DNA of 63,875 bases, filler included, from Blastocystis sp. subtype 4 (GCF_000743755.1; 51 parts of 51 records of this genome joined end to end with filler, not necessarily neighbours in it); one strand, 5' to 3'; numbered from the whole stretch's first letter, positions 1-14,005 are shown. Program-made: numbers and translations. The notes: generated from the letters alone by a model not told the origin.

Positions 1-404
1 AGCATCTTCTACAGAACCCAATGCCTGTTCTTGTTGAGTAATGACTCCTTGATACTTAGTAATCTTAGCCTTGTTATCACGAATACGAACAAGAAGAGCC
101 TTTAATGCTATACTTCAAAACAACAAACTAACTATACTTGGATCTTCGGTTCCCTTTCCTTGTTCACGTAATGCTTTTGCAGCTTTCGTATCTTCTTCAA
201 TCTTCTTAGATACATGAGCAATTCTACAATACAATGACATTATAGCATTTACTTCGTGTTCAAGTCTGCAATAGTGCTTTGAATAGTCGACATAGCCTTT
301 GTAGACTTCTCTTCCGACTCCGTTATCTGATTCTCTTGCTCCCTTTCCTTTTGCTTCGTACTTTCTGAAGAATCCTTCTTAACTCCCAAAAAGCGCTTCC
401 ACAT
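1..404 (-). CDS. Snf7/ESCRT-III (CHMP4/Vps32-like) protein, 5' part of one tandem copy
   Basis: ATG at 404 (MWKRFLGVKK...), ~30-nt GT-AG introns, basic helical N-terminus; 1-340 is repeated at 832-1160. Confidence 0.65.
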
Positions 405-465
405 AGTTACAACTCAACAATGAAAGAAAATATACATCATCGTTCTTTATTTATTAACAAACATA

Positions 466-1160
466 CTACAGAAGCTCTAGTTGTCTAGCCAATTCATCGT
501 CTTCATTCACTTCAGGAACAGGGGCAGCAGGGAATTGGTATGTAGGAACATCAGGTAGTACACCAAGCTTCTTCTTGTTGATATCATTAGCGATTTCTAA
601 ATCTAATCCTTCCATCAGTTCATCAAGTCCTTCAACATCTTCTTCAGCTTGTTGAGTGAATAGATCAGATACTTCTTTGATTCGATCACGATGTTCACTG
701 ATTTCATCCATCAAATCAGCTACTTCATCAGCATTTCTAAGACTCAAGTTCAAAACTCTCTTCTACGCAACACAAGCAGCAAGTGCATCACGTGTACTTT
801 TCATAATGACTGACATTTCTTGTACAAAGAGAGCATCTTCTACAGAACCCAATGCCTGTTCTTGTTGAGTAATGACTCCTTGATACTTAGTAATCTTAGC
901 CTTGTTATCACGAATACGAACAAGAAGAGCTATACTTCAAAACAACAAACTAACTATACTTGGATCTTCGGTTCCCTTTCCTTGTTCACGTAATGCTTTT
1001 GCAGCTTTCGTATCTTCTTCAATCTTCTTAGATACATGAGCAATTCTACAATACAGTGACATTATAGCATTTACTTCGTGTTCAAGTCTGCAATAGTGCT
1101 TTGAATAGTCGACATAGCCTTTGTAGACTTCTCTTCCGACTCCGTTATCTGATTCTCTTG
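466..1160 (-). CDS. Snf7/ESCRT-III protein, 3' part of a second tandem copy
   Basis: ADEVADLMDEISEHRDRIKEVSDLF...LPDVP...EDDELARQLELL* fits the Snf7 acidic half and MIM-like tail; TGTTTGTT at 456-463 just past the stop. Confidence 0.7.
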
Positions 1161-1260
1161 NNNNNNNNNNNNNNNNNNNNNNNNNNNNNNNNNNNNNNNN
1201 NNNNTTAATTAATTAANNNNNNNNNNNNNNNNNNNNNNNNNNNNNNNNNNNNNNNNNNNN
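1161..1260. other. Artificial contig-joining spacer (N44-TTAATTAATTAA-N44), repeated about 50 times through the window
   Basis: Identical 100-nt spacer with a six-frame-stop core between all contigs; ORFs ending in XXXLIN run into it. Confidence 0.98.
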
Positions 1261-1800
1261 ACGCGAATAGAATATGATCCTAGAGTGATCGATTTCCATT
1301 GATTATCATTGAATGAATTGGCATTCCAGAGAGAATGATAACTATCACTGTATCTCCAATTATCATTCTTATTGATAGGAGAATAGAGAGCAAATTGATA
1401 ACTCTCTTGACTTCCTCGAATCATAGTGTTCTTGAAGATAGTATTATCATTGATATCATTCATTGAGATCCATCCACCTCCATACCATCCATTACTAGCT
1501 GAATCTTTCATGATAAGAGTGTAAATATGATTAGAAGAAGCATTCAAACAGACTTCATACACATATTGTTTATTGTTTGAGAATGAAGGAGAAGTGAATA
1601 GAGTAGATGATCCAGATACAATCTCAAAGGACTCTCGATTAGGATAAGTGCCAGTATACTTAGTGATCTTAACATAATCCTGACTAGATGAGCATTGAAT
1701 AGAGTATGAAAGGATAACTAGAAATGAGAGTAGAATGAAGAATGAAACAGAATGTGAAGAATAGAATGAGATGATTGATACTATAATCAACAACAATCAT
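1261..1800 (-). CDS. Variable surface protein family, N-terminal module (hydrophobic leader + beta-sandwich), partial
   Basis: FFILLSFLVILSYSIQCSS..YVKITK..ESFEIVSGS..YEVCLNASSNHIYTL..YSPINKND; paralogs at 15903, 24891, 45917; true start unresolved (likely intron). Confidence 0.7.
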
Positions 1801-1831
1801 ATCAAATAAATAATGTTATAAGAAACAGACA

Positions 1832-2385
1832 TTACTTAATGTATGATACCAACTTATGTGATTGAAAGTGATTGACATGAATTGTGAGATATGAATAGAA
1901 TTGATATGGTATGAGAGTGTAAATATAAATGGAAATAAGAAATGAATGATATGAGTAATGAATGATGAAAATGATATTCCCGTGATTGTATTCAGTAATA
2001 TTGAATAGGAATGAAGAGATGATAGTAGAATAGTGAGATATGAATGAAAGTGAATGTGGATTGAAATGAATGAAATGGGCTAATGTGGAAGGGCGTAATT
2101 GGGGATCCGAATTGTGGTATTGCTGAAATGAGAGATTGCTGAATTGAATCGATTCCCGTGAATCAGTTTTAGGTAACAGTGAATGAAATACAGTTATATT
2201 CATATCGAATAGGATTAATGAGTGATAATAAGAGAATGAAAGTGGATAATGTTGAATCAATATCAAAGAAGATGAATGGAGTAGATTGGAGAATGAAGTG
2301 GAAAGAGTACTTGAAAGAGAGTGTATTGAATAGTAATAAGAATTGTATGTTGAATTTGAATGTTGATAAAGAAGAAATGAGAGGA
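1832..2385 (-). promoter_or_regulatory. Conserved upstream region of the variable surface protein family
   Basis: Near-identical non-coding block at 15309-15900 and 25426-26009, partial at 46410-46620; carries repeated CACGGGAAT. Confidence 0.5.
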
Positions 2386-2559
2386 NNNNNNNNNNNNNNN
2401 NNNNNNNNNNNNNNNNNNNNNNNNNNNNNTTAATTAATTAANNNNNNNNNNNNNNNNNNNNNNNNNNNNNNNNNNNNNNNNNNNNTCAACTCTCCACATG
2501 AAAGGATGACTAGATAGCATCATCAATGAGTTTCGATGAGATGATTGGTTTCTTCGATT

Positions 2560-2774
2560 CTTGATGGTTATGGAGGATAATCAACGATGATATGGATGAA
2601 GTGAGAGAAGTGTTAACAGAGTTGATGGTTATCATTTGTGAATGATGTGATTTGTAGCAGAGTTATGAACGATTAGAAGATGCCTTGTCTAGTTTGCTTG
2701 ATTTGAGTCTAGAACGAGGAAGCAAAGACAATATGAGTGTGTTGGTTGTACTCTTGAATCAACCTCCTTTGTAA
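2560..2774 (+). pseudogene. PP2C-family phosphatase C-terminal remnant
   Basis: LSSLLDLSLERGSKDNMSVLVVLL is the PP2C RGSxDNxS motif; upstream part is disrupted. Confidence 0.55.
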
Positions 2775-3125
2775 GAAATCGAATTCAAGATGAGAACTAG
2801 GATTGATTCTGTGAAAGTGGAAGCACAATAAGAAAAGGATCGACTGAAGAGAGAGGAAGAGGAACAAAGCGAAGAGAATTGAAGAAGAACAGAGAATGGA
2901 TAATGATAAGGAGATTTCTCTTGTTTGTTGAAGATCATTTGAATCTGAGAATCAGGTTACAACTCATGACTTCGAACAAAGAGACTATCTGAATCAACTA
3001 GACATAAGAACTTCGGCTTCGAATAAATGATTCAAGAGCAACAGCATCTACATCTTATCTCCAAATGTTAATCAGACTCGTTGCATTCAATTCATAAACA
3101 CTAGCAAATTGATAATCACCACTGC

Positions 3126-3663
3126 TAGATATCAACTAAAGTGAGAACTGGAATATCTACTCTCAACTCAATTCATTACTCATACTCTCCAAAACAACAG
3201 ATCCAATATACCTGAAACAATTGGAAGGAATATGCATTGAAATAAGATGACTCAGATCTAATCATCATTCTTGCTTTTATTCATCACTCTTCATTGTTAG
3301 AGTGTTTCGATAATTGAAAGGAGCTGTGTTATTCGATTTACGATCATCTCCTCCATCTCCCTGAAATGCTCCTTCTAACAGATACATGGATTCAAATCTT
3401 GGTAGATCTGACTATTACTCCTTCATTCAATCATTACTCTCAAATTGAACTGAATGACAATATCTGAATGAATAACTAGCAAAAGACACTGATTCAAGTG
3501 AAAGTAGATCTGATTATTACTCATTCATTCAATCATTACTCTCAAATCGAACTGAATCACAATGACCAAATGAATAGCTTCCAATAGATATGGATTCAAG
3601 TGAAGGCAAGTCTTTCAATCATTTCTCACACTCATTCTCACCAATCAAATCAACATCATAAGC
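3126..3663 (-). pseudogene. LRR protein fragment, one repeat per exon
   Basis: Spliced reading LPSLESISIGSYSF..VRFE/NLLSLESVSF../NLPRFESMYL..YRNTLTMK/NLSHL..; ~30-nt phase-1 introns; early stop. Confidence 0.6.
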
Positions 3664-3763
3664 NNNNNNNNNNNNNNNNNNNNNNNNNNNNNNNNNNNNN
3701 NNNNNNNTTAATTAATTAANNNNNNNNNNNNNNNNNNNNNNNNNNNNNNNNNNNNNNNNNNNN

Positions 3764-4877
3764 TCAAATCATGAAGAGATCATTCAATTCAATGGATTCT
3801 TATCTCTATTGGCTGGAATGAGTTCAACCAACAATTGCTTCGTTTATCCTTATAATGTTACTACCTTTTCCAATAACTTCTCTAATCCTAGTGATGCTGT
3901 TAATAGGAGTACAGTTTGGGCAAGCAGTTGGAATCTTTGTAGTTCAACCATATTTGATTTCTCTGGTTCTTCTATTCCACTCATCAATTCTTATCGACTG
4001 TTCTCTTGGGATGTTTCATCAGCTCCCTCTTCATTCTCTATTGAAGGATCTGTATCAACTGATGACTCTTGGAACATGATTCTCTCTCCATTCAATGTTG
4101 GCTATACCGCATATGAATGGAAACAGTTTGATCTTGTTTCTCTTCCTCACAGATATCCTCTTCTTCGATTCACTCCTCATTCATCTTATGGTGGTAATAG
4201 ATTTGAACTGAATGAACTACAATTCCTTGTTTGTAATCGTCCTTCTGTGAGTAGTATTGAGTATCCTGAAACAGAATACTCATTCTACAAGGATTATCAG
4301 ATCTCTATTAGTCCGATTCAATATGGATACAGTGATTGTTCGATTCAGCCTTCACTTCCTGATGGAATGAGTATTGATTCCAACACTTGTATCATCTCTG
4401 GTGTATCTCATTCTCTCGGTTCACAACAGTATACTGTCACATCAACAATGATCACTCCTCCTATTCAATCTATTCTCAATCTCACATTCATTCAATGCTC
4501 TGGAAGTGTCTACAGAATTGACATGGTTTTTGACAGTCTTAGGAATGATCAATTCACTATTCGTGATACATCTGATGAAAGTATCCTCTATCAGATTCAA
4601 GCAGATCCTGGGGAATCAATTAAAATGAAGACTCATTATCTGTGTATCACTGTTGATCGATTTGATGTCACCTTCATATGCCGTGGAATGTATTCTGATT
4701 CGTATTATTCCATGTATTTGATACTTCCTGATGGTGAACAGGAAATGGTTCTGAAAGGACGATATGATGCTTATCAGTATAATGTTCATCATCATTATGT
4801 TCGTCGTCCTTCTATCAATCATTCAGAACAATGGTATTATAAGATGGGTGAAGTGCCTACCAATTGGTTTGGTGATG
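3764..4877 (+). CDS. Variable surface protein family, hypervariable central module (F5/8-discoidin-like + He_PIG-type Ig + beta-sandwich), partial, copy 1
   Basis: Open across the contig; Ig motif SIQPSLPDGMSIDSNTCIISG..YTVT; constant ends LAGMxSTNNCFVYPY and RRPSINHSEQWYYKMG shared by 9 contigs. Confidence 0.75.
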
Positions 4878-5036
4878 NNNNNNNNNNNNNNNNNNNNNNN
4901 NNNNNNNNNNNNNNNNNNNNNTTAATTAATTAANNNNNNNNNNNNNNNNNNNNNNNNNNNNNNNNNNNNNNNNNNNNTCCTATATGGGATATAACAAGAA
5001 ACAGACTACTAATAAAAAAACCATTACACAACTCTC

Positions 5037-6048
5037 TTAAGGACGATACTCTCCAGTCACAACAGCATGATCACGTTCATAAGGTTCCAATGTCAATTGT
5101 TCCAGTGGCTTGAACTTCTCCTCCCTCATCTTCTGTACCTCTGCAGCAAACACAGCTTCAGCAGAAGCAGTCGAATCAATACAGGAAGCCTTAATTGAAA
5201 TAACACAGTGACCTCCATTCTTCAGGAAATACTTGGCATTGATTCCCACAATACGAGCTTGATCAGGCTGAGCCACATCCGCAAAGATGGTATCAACCAT
5301 TCCTACCAACATACGATACTTCAAGGGATGACGAGCATCTTCAATGATTGGTACAATGTTTGGACGTGTCTTTGCCACATTTATCAGATCTCGACCCGGT
5401 CGGTGAGCAAACTCCACAGCATACACGAGACCAGTCTATCCTTCACTTCCACTCAATTCCATCTACAGGTCCAACAAGATCAGACACATGAGATACAGTA
5501 GTTCCCGAAGCAGCTCCCAGATACAACACTTTGCTTCCTGGACCCATGAAAATATCGCCAATACCTCCCTATTCCATCACTCTAATCTTTATCACCTACG
5601 ACAATTGCAGCGCCTAACTTGGAACGGAAAGGATTCCATTGTCGATATTCCTTCTTCTCTCCGATCGTTCCCTACATCTCATCGACCTATCCAAGGGCTA
5701 ACCGGGACATCTACAGAGATCTTCTTCTCTCCATACACAGTCTTTCCAGGAGCGAAGTTCAGTGTGCACAAGACATCTTCCTTAGAAGAGTGAGCGATGT
5801 AAACTCCACGGAATCTAACCGTTAACGCTCCAAACACAGAATCTACTTGTGAGACTCTATTGTCACTTTCGTTCCTCCTTTCATTCCTCCACGACCTCCA
5901 CGATTACCTCCTCTCGCTCCTCCTCTGCCACCACGTCCACCTCCTCTGCCACCACGATCTCCTCCTTTTCCTCCACGTCCACCTCCTCGGGCACCTCCAC
6001 GTCCACCTCGACTTCCTCCAAACCCGCCTCTTCCTCGAGATCCGTCAT
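5037..6048 (-). CDS. FBL: Fibrillarin (rRNA 2'-O-methyltransferase), first exon missing
   Basis: RGG/GAR N-terminus; [51 protein letters not shown]; short introns. Confidence 0.97.
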
Positions 6049-6190
6049 CTACAAGATGTGAGTCATTCTGAAAAGTGCAATGGCCATTTGNNNNNNNNNN
6101 NNNNNNNNNNNNNNNNNNNNNNNNNNNNNNNNNNTTAATTAATTAANNNNNNNNNNNNNNNNNNNNNNNNNNNNNNNNNNNNNNNNNNNN

Positions 6191-7303
6191 ATCATCACCA
6201 AACCAATTGTTAGGCACTTCACCCATCTTATAATACCATTGTTCTGAATGATTGATAGAAGGACGACGAACATAATGATGATGAACATTGCCTTGATAGG
6301 TATCATATCGACCCTTCAGAACCATCTCCTCTTCACCATCAGCTAACATAGAATACATGTAATAATATGAACCAGAAGACCAAGCAGAAGAGGTAGAAGC
6401 AAAGGTAACATCAAATCGATCAACAGTGATACACAGATAATGAGCTTCTAATCCAATTGATCCTTGAGAATGACCAGGTTGAATCTGATAGATAATACTC
6501 TCATTAGATGTATCACGAATAGTGAATTGATCATATCCATAACGAATAATCATTTGAGTTCTGTAGACACTTCCAGAACAGTGAATGAATGTGAGATTGA
6601 GAATAGATTGAATGGGAGGAGTGACCATTGTTGATGTAACAGTATACTGTTGTGAACCGAAAGAATGAGATACACCAGAGATGATACAAGTGTTGGGATC
6701 AATACTCATTCCATCAGGAAGTGAAGGCTGAATCGAACAATCACTGTATCCATATTGAATCGGACTAATAGAGATCTGTTCATAATCCTTGTAGAATGAG
6801 TATTCTGTTTCAGGATACTCAATACTACTCACAGGACGATTACAAACAAGGAATTGAAGTTCATTCAGTTCAATATTATCACCATAAGATGAATGAATAG
6901 TGAATCGAAGAAGAGGATATCTGTGAGGAAGAGAAACAAGATCAAACTGTTTCCATTCATACCATGTGTAACCAACATTGGATGGAGAGAGAATCATGTT
7001 CCAAGAGTCATCAGTTGATACAGATCCCTCAATAGAGAATGAAGGAGGATAAGGATAATAGTAAAGATTGCCGTAATTCCATATTCGATAAGAATTGATG
7101 AGTGGAATAGAAGAACCAGAGAAATCAAACGTCATAGAACCTGGAAACGAAGAAGTTGATGCATCTGAATAGTAGTCCCAATCAACAGTATAACTAGGAT
7201 CATCGAAGTCAGTAGAAGAGGCAGTAACAGGATAAGGATAAACGAAGCAATTGTTGGTTGAGTTCATTCCAGCCAATAGAGATAAGAATCCATTGAATTG
7301 AAT
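6191..7303 (-). CDS. Variable surface protein central module, copy 2, partial
   Basis: Open ORF homologous to 3764-4877 with different variable windows. Confidence 0.75.
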
Positions 7304-7403
7304 NNNNNNNNNNNNNNNNNNNNNNNNNNNNNNNNNNNNNNNNNNNNTTAATTAATTAANNNNNNNNNNNNNNNNNNNNNNNNNNNNNNNNNNNNNNNNN
7401 NNN

Positions 7404-8514
7404 CACTTGACACATCACTCTGTATCACCTTCCAATCTGTGTATTCAATCTGGAAAGGGAAATACGTTGAGAACACACTTGATACATAGATCGGTTTGTA
7501 ATCCTGTCTATTCATTGTCATCATATCCAACTCCATCTCTCCATAATCAACAGTCAAAGTGTAACCAGTTCCAACTGACCAACCATCTCCATATGAATTG
7601 GCTCCTTGGAATGTGTATATTCCATTATTCAAACAGAAATCAACATAGTAATAAGCATTATATACAGGGAATGAAGACACTGACTGAAGAACAGTTCCTG
7701 AGGTTCCTCTTCCTTCATAATGAGTTATATTGAGGAGAATAATCAGTTCTGATACGAACAGTCATCAATCCCTTGCCTCCAGTACAATTCACTACAGTGA
7801 ATAATAAGATGCCAGTCACATTTCCTCCAGTCATCTTAGTAGCAGTGATGGTGTAGGTTGTAACAACACTTACAACTGTAGGAGTACCTGAAATCCAACC
7901 AGAAAAAGGATCCAACACAATGCCAGCAGGAAGAGAAGGATTGATTCTGAAGTTCATGTAACGATCTCCATTCTGAGGAATCACTTCAGACATCTCAACA
8001 TATTTGAATACAGTGACTGGATCATAGGTGAAGTTAGGAATATCAGCCAACACATTATCAGCAAACAGATCCAGAGAAGAATCACCAGTACCAAAGTTCT
8101 CAAACTTGAATTGATTGTAAGGAGTATTGTTAGGGAAATAGATTCTTCTCTTCTGACCAGCAGTAGAATAAGTGAGACCAGTTACATTGGTCAGAAGTGT
8201 CCATTCATCTGTATCTGAGTTACGACCATACAGTCATCACTGTATGATGATGATACGGAATAATGGTTCTGAATCTGAACAGAACTGATCCATTCACGAC
8301 GATTGTTTGATAGAGTCAAAGTCAGAGAATTGGCAGCACAGGATGAAGAGTAGAGGATAGATCCATAAAACATATCGAAAGGGCTATCTGCAGTTCCAGC
8401 TATACCTGTCATTGAAGCAGTGAATTCCCAGATATGAGATTCAGATTGTTCTGATGACATCAAACGAACCATTGTATCGAAATAGGATGTGAGTTGAGTA
8501 TCATCAATAGCAAC
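7404..8514 (-). pseudogene. Variable surface protein, second discoidin-like + Ig module, with deletions and frameshifts
   Basis: SEQSESHIWEFTASM..REWISSVQIQN..LPAGIVLDPFSGWISGTP..; split over three ORFs; paralogs at 29679 and 37895. Confidence 0.65.
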
Positions 8515-8614
8515 NNNNNNNNNNNNNNNNNNNNNNNNNNNNNNNNNNNNNNNNNNNNTTAATTAATTAANNNNNNNNNNNNNNNNNNNNNNNNNNNNNN
8601 NNNNNNNNNNNNNN

Positions 8615-9716
8615 AATTGGTAGGCACTTCACCCATCTTATAATACCATTGTTCTGAATGATTGATAGAAGGACGACGAACATAATGATGATGAACATTG
8701 CCTTGATTCGCATAATATCCATCTTTCAGAACCATCTCCTCTTCACCATCAGGCAACAAAGAATACATTCGATAATAGGAGCTAGAGTAAAAATGAGATG
8801 AGAAGGTGAGATCAAATCGATCAACAGTGATACACAGATAATGAGTCTCTAATCCAACTGATTCTTGAGAATGACCTGGTTGAATCTGATAGAGAATACT
8901 CTCATTGGATGTGTCACGAATAGTGATTTGATCATTTCCAGAACTGTCAAGAATAATCTGATCAATTCTATAGACACTTCCAGAACAGTGAATGAATGTG
9001 AGATTGAGAATAGATTGAATGGGAGGAGTGATCATTGTTGATGTGACAGTATACTGTTGTGAACCAAGAGAATGAGATACACCAGAGATGATACAAGTGT
9101 TGGGATCAATACTCATTCCATCAGGAAGTGAAGGCTGAATCGAACAATCACTGTATCCATATTGAATCGGACTGATAGAGATCTGTTCATAATCCTTGTA
9201 GAATGAGTATTCTGTTTCAGGATACTCAATACTACTCACAGAAGGACGATTACAAACAAGGAATTGAAGTTTTGATAAGGCAGCAGGACCATTGTAAGAT
9301 GAATGAGCAGTGAATCGAAGAAGAGGATATCTGTGAGGAAGAGAAACAAGATCAAACTGGTTCCATTCCTCATATGATGTGTAACCAACATTGGATGGAG
9401 AGAGAATCATGTTCCAAAAGTCATCAGTTGATACAGATCCTTCAATAGAGAATGAAGAAGGCGGAGGATAATAGTAAAGATCACCAACATGCCATATTCG
9501 AAATGAATTGATGAGTGGAATAGAAGAACCAGAGAAATCAAACATCATTGAACTAGGAAGATTCCAGGAGGATGCAAAGAGATCACAGCTCCAATCAACA
9601 GTATAACTAGGACGAGTGAAGTCAGTAGAAGAGACAGTAACAGGATAAGGATAAACGAAGCAATTGTTGGTTGAAGTCATTCCAGCCAATAGAGATAAGA
9701 ATCCATTGAATTGAAT
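8615..9716 (-). CDS. Variable surface protein central module, copy 3, partial
   Basis: Open ORF homologous to 3764-4877. Confidence 0.75.
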
Positions 9717-9816
9717 NNNNNNNNNNNNNNNNNNNNNNNNNNNNNNNNNNNNNNNNNNNNTTAATTAATTAANNNNNNNNNNNNNNNNNNNNNNNNNNNN
9801 NNNNNNNNNNNNNNNN

Positions 9817-10653
9817 GCTGCTTGTACACGAGTCTTGATTACATCCATTGGAGTCACTATCACTCATTCAATCATCATATTCCCACTCAAGAAGGCTGAA
9901 GTCATTCCAGCTCCACATCCAGCTAACAGAAGTCCTGAAAGAGAACATGATCCATTAAAAGGAGTAAACAGATCCACAAGAGCATGGTTTAAAGGGAAGA
10001 AGATCATGAAGTATGGAATATCACGCATCAAAGTGATTGAACTTCCCTTGTACATTCCTTTCAAACCCAATTCACGAATCACTACAATCAACAACACACT
10101 CTCATCTCATACCTCCTCCAATATTCTTTCGTTCAGCAACAGGAAGAGAAGATTGAATTTGAAGACGAATCTTTGTGATCTCCATTGGATTCGAAGCAAT
10201 CACTTGAACACAACCAGCTCCTGCTCCTGCAAGCATACCTCTGAACAAAGAAACATGACCATTCTCATCAGCTAACCAGTCACGGAACAGATCATTGCTT
10301 GCAAGCTTCAAAGCTTGAACAGGAAAGATACCAATCAAATTAGCACCCATTCCACTGAATAATGAGATGATAAACACAATGATACCGATACAAACCAGAA
10401 ACACCTTCTTTTGAAACGATGCCTTTAAAGGCTTGAATTGGATTCTTGTANACTCTCACTTGCATGGTGGTCTTAATCATATCCAAAGGATACACAATCG
10501 ATGTTGCCAACACTCCTGATGTTCCACCAACAAGAAGCTTCTGCGAAAACGTCACCTAAAATCAAGAATAAAGTCGAAGAATACCTTGCGTTCACTATTC
10601 AGTGACTGTACAGAGTTCAATTGCAAGTCTTTATCATACTTCTCCGATAACAT
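9817..10653 (-). CDS. Mitochondrial carrier family (SLC25; glutamate/aspartate-carrier-like), 3' truncated
   Basis: Carrier signatures YPLDMIKTTMQ, NPMEITKIRLQ and TPMDVIKTRVQ; RDIPYFMIFFP; short introns; ATG at 10653. Confidence 0.9.
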
Positions 10654-11814
10654 TAGGAATAACTAACAAAGAATGAACAGCCAGTGGTATATGATAGAAC
10701 CGCGGTTATCTTTCTAATTTACCCATATTCTTCATAGACCCCCACTCCGAACTTGTACGGCCATCAGTTTTGATATCCATGCCAATTTTTGATGATTGTA
10801 TGAGACCTATATTCATGAGAATAATATTCACAGGAGAATGAGAAGATCAAACGATTGTGAAGTCAAACTGAAGGCAAGAATAAAAATGCAGACGACAATA
10901 AAAAACAAAAATAATGATAACTGGGATACGCCATATCTTTCTGCTAATGATGTTGGAAAATCATTGCAGTTGAAAAGGATAGTATAAACAAACAATAGAT
11001 TCCTCTCTGCTACTTCGATAAATGGGTAGAACAAGTGGAATTCCAGTAAGACATCTAACAATCACTTCTAACCATCAATATCAACGCATGAAGATAATAG
11101 TATACATATCTACCCATTAGAACAATCTGGATGAATTGAGATAGTAGAATTGATCTTCCTGCTAAAACACTTCCTAGTGCATTTGTATTTGAATTCAATT
11201 CTCTCCAGCAACTACACCAGAACAAAAGAGCAAGAAGTCGAGAAACAGCTAACGAGAAGACAAAGTGAGAAGTAAAAGACTCAATCTCACCCTTCTACAA
11301 CTCATCTATAATCAGAAATACAACTCGAGAACGAGAGAATAAAAGGAGTTGAGGATAGATTGCAAAAGCTTCTACATAGTGTGAGAAACTCCACAGAATA
11401 TCCAGAATAGGTTGTTGTGACAAACCAGGATGAACCAACTATACTAAATAGAGAAAGAAATAACTACAAGGGCATAACCAAAGAGAAGTACTAGAAAGAA
11501 AGAGATTGATTTGAAGGCAGTTGAAGGATTATGACCTGCAAAAGGATCCTTCAAATCAAATAAAACTTGTAGTAACTACGATATATGAATAATAAGNNNN
11601 NNNNNNNNNNNNNNNNNNNNNNNNNNNNNNNNNNNNNNNNTTAATTAATTAANNNNNNNNNNNNNNNNNNNNNNNNNNNNNNNNNNNNNNNNNNNNCCTT
11701 CTGATAAGAAGAATGATGATTTTGATGAATTGAATTAGTGTATATTGTTGTTTGATGTTTCTTTTGATCACTTGAATGACATCATGTAACTCTTCTCATA
11801 ATAACAAACACATA

Positions 11815-12658
11815 ACAAATGCTTTTCAATAGCATTCTTCATTTCACGGATATACTGTTTTATATCCGAAGCGCCAAAGATTGCTGAGCCGGATACTAAC
11901 ACGTTAGCTCCTTTGCTCGCACACAATTCTGCATTCTTTACAGACACACCACCATCAACCTCAATGTAAATTGACGAAGACAACGCCCTTATCTGAGCCA
12001 CCTTATCCAAGCACGATTCCATGAACTTCTGACCTCCAAATCCAGGCTCTACAGTCATTACCAACACCATATCCCTAGAATGAAAGTGTGATATCATACC
12101 TACAGAAGGGGAATAAACTCCTTTATGGCATCAACAGATGTCTTTGGCTTAATTGTCATAGCACACAACATTCCAGCTTCATGGACTTGACGGATAATAT
12201 CTCTTGGGTCTTCTAATGGTTATAAGATCTAACAAAACAAACTCGCTGCCTCCACATGGAAATTGAACATATTAGCTCCTGCTTCCTTTAAAGGAATAAT
12301 ATACTTCTCAGGGTTCTCAACCATCAAATGACAGTCCATGAAGTCGCTATAAATTACACAAACAATCAACTTCCACGATAAATGCTTGCGTAGTGACTTC
12401 ACTACAGGAGCTCCAATAGTAAGATTCGGAACAAAATGACCGTCCTACAGGTAATTCGGAGATAGGGGAAACACACCATAATATCAACGTGGAGCCAGTC
12501 AGCACCATTCTAATGATAATAAGGCCACTAAACTACAACAGCTATGAGCATTCGACAATCTCGTTCAAGATTGGAAAAATCAGCGCTAAGAATACTCGGA
12601 GAAATAATACTAAGGATAAAAATCCAAATGGAGAGTGATACGGCTTTAAAGAATCCAT
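11815..12658 (-). CDS. RPE: Ribulose-phosphate 3-epimerase; stop predicted to be completed by polyadenylation
   Basis: Spliced [69 protein letters not shown] at 11815 lies 4 nt before TGTTTGTT. Confidence 0.95.
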
Positions 12659-12901
12659 ATGAATTGAAAAAATGTGTAAGAAAAAGTGGAAAGATTCCAC
12701 TTGAAGAGTTACATGATGTCATTCAAGTGATCAAAAGAAACATCAAACAACAATATACACTAATTCAATTCATCAAAATCATCATTCTTCTTATCAGAAG
12801 GNNNNNNNNNNNNNNNNNNNNNNNNNNNNNNNNNNNNNNNNNNNNTTAATTAATTAANNNNNNNNNNNNNNNNNNNNNNNNNNNNNNNNNNNNNNNNNNN
12901 N

Positions 12902-14005
12902 TTGTTCTGAATGATTGATAGAAGGACGACGAACATAATGATGATGAATATTGCCTTGATTTGCATCATATCGTCCTTTCAGAACCATTTCCTCTTCACC
13001 ATCAGGCAACATAGCATACATGTAATAATATGAACCAGAGTACCAATAAGATGAATCAGAATCAAAGGTAACATCAAATCGATCAACAGTGATACAGAGA
13101 TAATGAGTCCAATCAGTATTGGAAGGATGCGTGTGACCTGATTGAACTTCATAAATGAGTTCATCATTAGATGTATCACGAATTCGGAAGAATTCAGTTT
13201 GAGGAATGGTCTTGTAAGATCGCACAATCTTGTAATAGGTACCAACACACTCAGTGAAAGCAAGATTAATGGTGGCATGAACTGAAACGGCTTCTATATG
13301 AGCTGTTACCTGATAGGTAGTTAATGGAGATGCCACATTCGATCTTCCAGAGATGATACAACTAGTGGAATCAATACTTACACCATCAGGAAGAGCAGGT
13401 GAGATTGAACAACCAGAATATCCAAATGAGCTGGGAGAAATGTTGACTTCATCATAGTATCTCAAATAGGAATACTGTGTCTCAGGATAATCGATTACAG
13501 TTGGTACAGGACGATTACAGATAAGGAACTGAAGTTCATATAGAGCAATAGGCCGAACTTGTGATGATTCAGCCGTCAACTTTAAGAAACGATACTCTGG
13601 AATGGCAGTCACCATATCCCATTGTTTCCATTCACTTGCAGTATAAATGGCTCCAGATATAGAAGCCACCATCTCCCAATTCGATGAAGTGAGCATAGCT
13701 CCTTCTAGAGTGAATACACTAGGTCCTTGTATGCTATATGTATATGGCCAGATTCGGAAAGAGTTGAAGATGGATTTAAGAGATCCCGTGAATTCAAATG
13801 TGATTGAACCTGGAGGATAATAACTCTGAGCAGCAGAGTTTCTGGTCCATGATAGAGCATTTCCAGGATTAAAGAATCCAGTATTAGCAATAGCAGAGAC
13901 ATCATAATAAACGAAGCAATTGTTGGTTGAACTCATTCCAGCCAATAGAGATAAGAATCCATTGAATTGAATGATCTCTTCATGATTTGAATCTGTGAAA
14001 TGGAC
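12902..14005 (-). CDS. Variable surface protein central module, copy 4 (divergent subfamily), partial
   Basis: Same constant ends but a diverged interior (VFTLEGA, IDYPETQYS, ISPALPDGVSIDSTSCIISG). Confidence 0.75.

Noticed and set aside
1832..2433. His/Ser/Ile/Phe-rich ORFs (also 25426-25782, 60050-60364, 61711-62137)
   Set aside because: By-products of G-poor low-complexity strands; the frames are not conserved between copies.
3809..3820. TTG start MAGM as the N-terminus of a 370-aa protein
   Set aside because: The frame is open upstream to the contig edge; these are internal fragments of larger proteins.
5849..6138. Ser/Thr-rich and His/Leu-rich plus-strand ORFs
   Set aside because: Antisense shadows of the fibrillarin RGG region.
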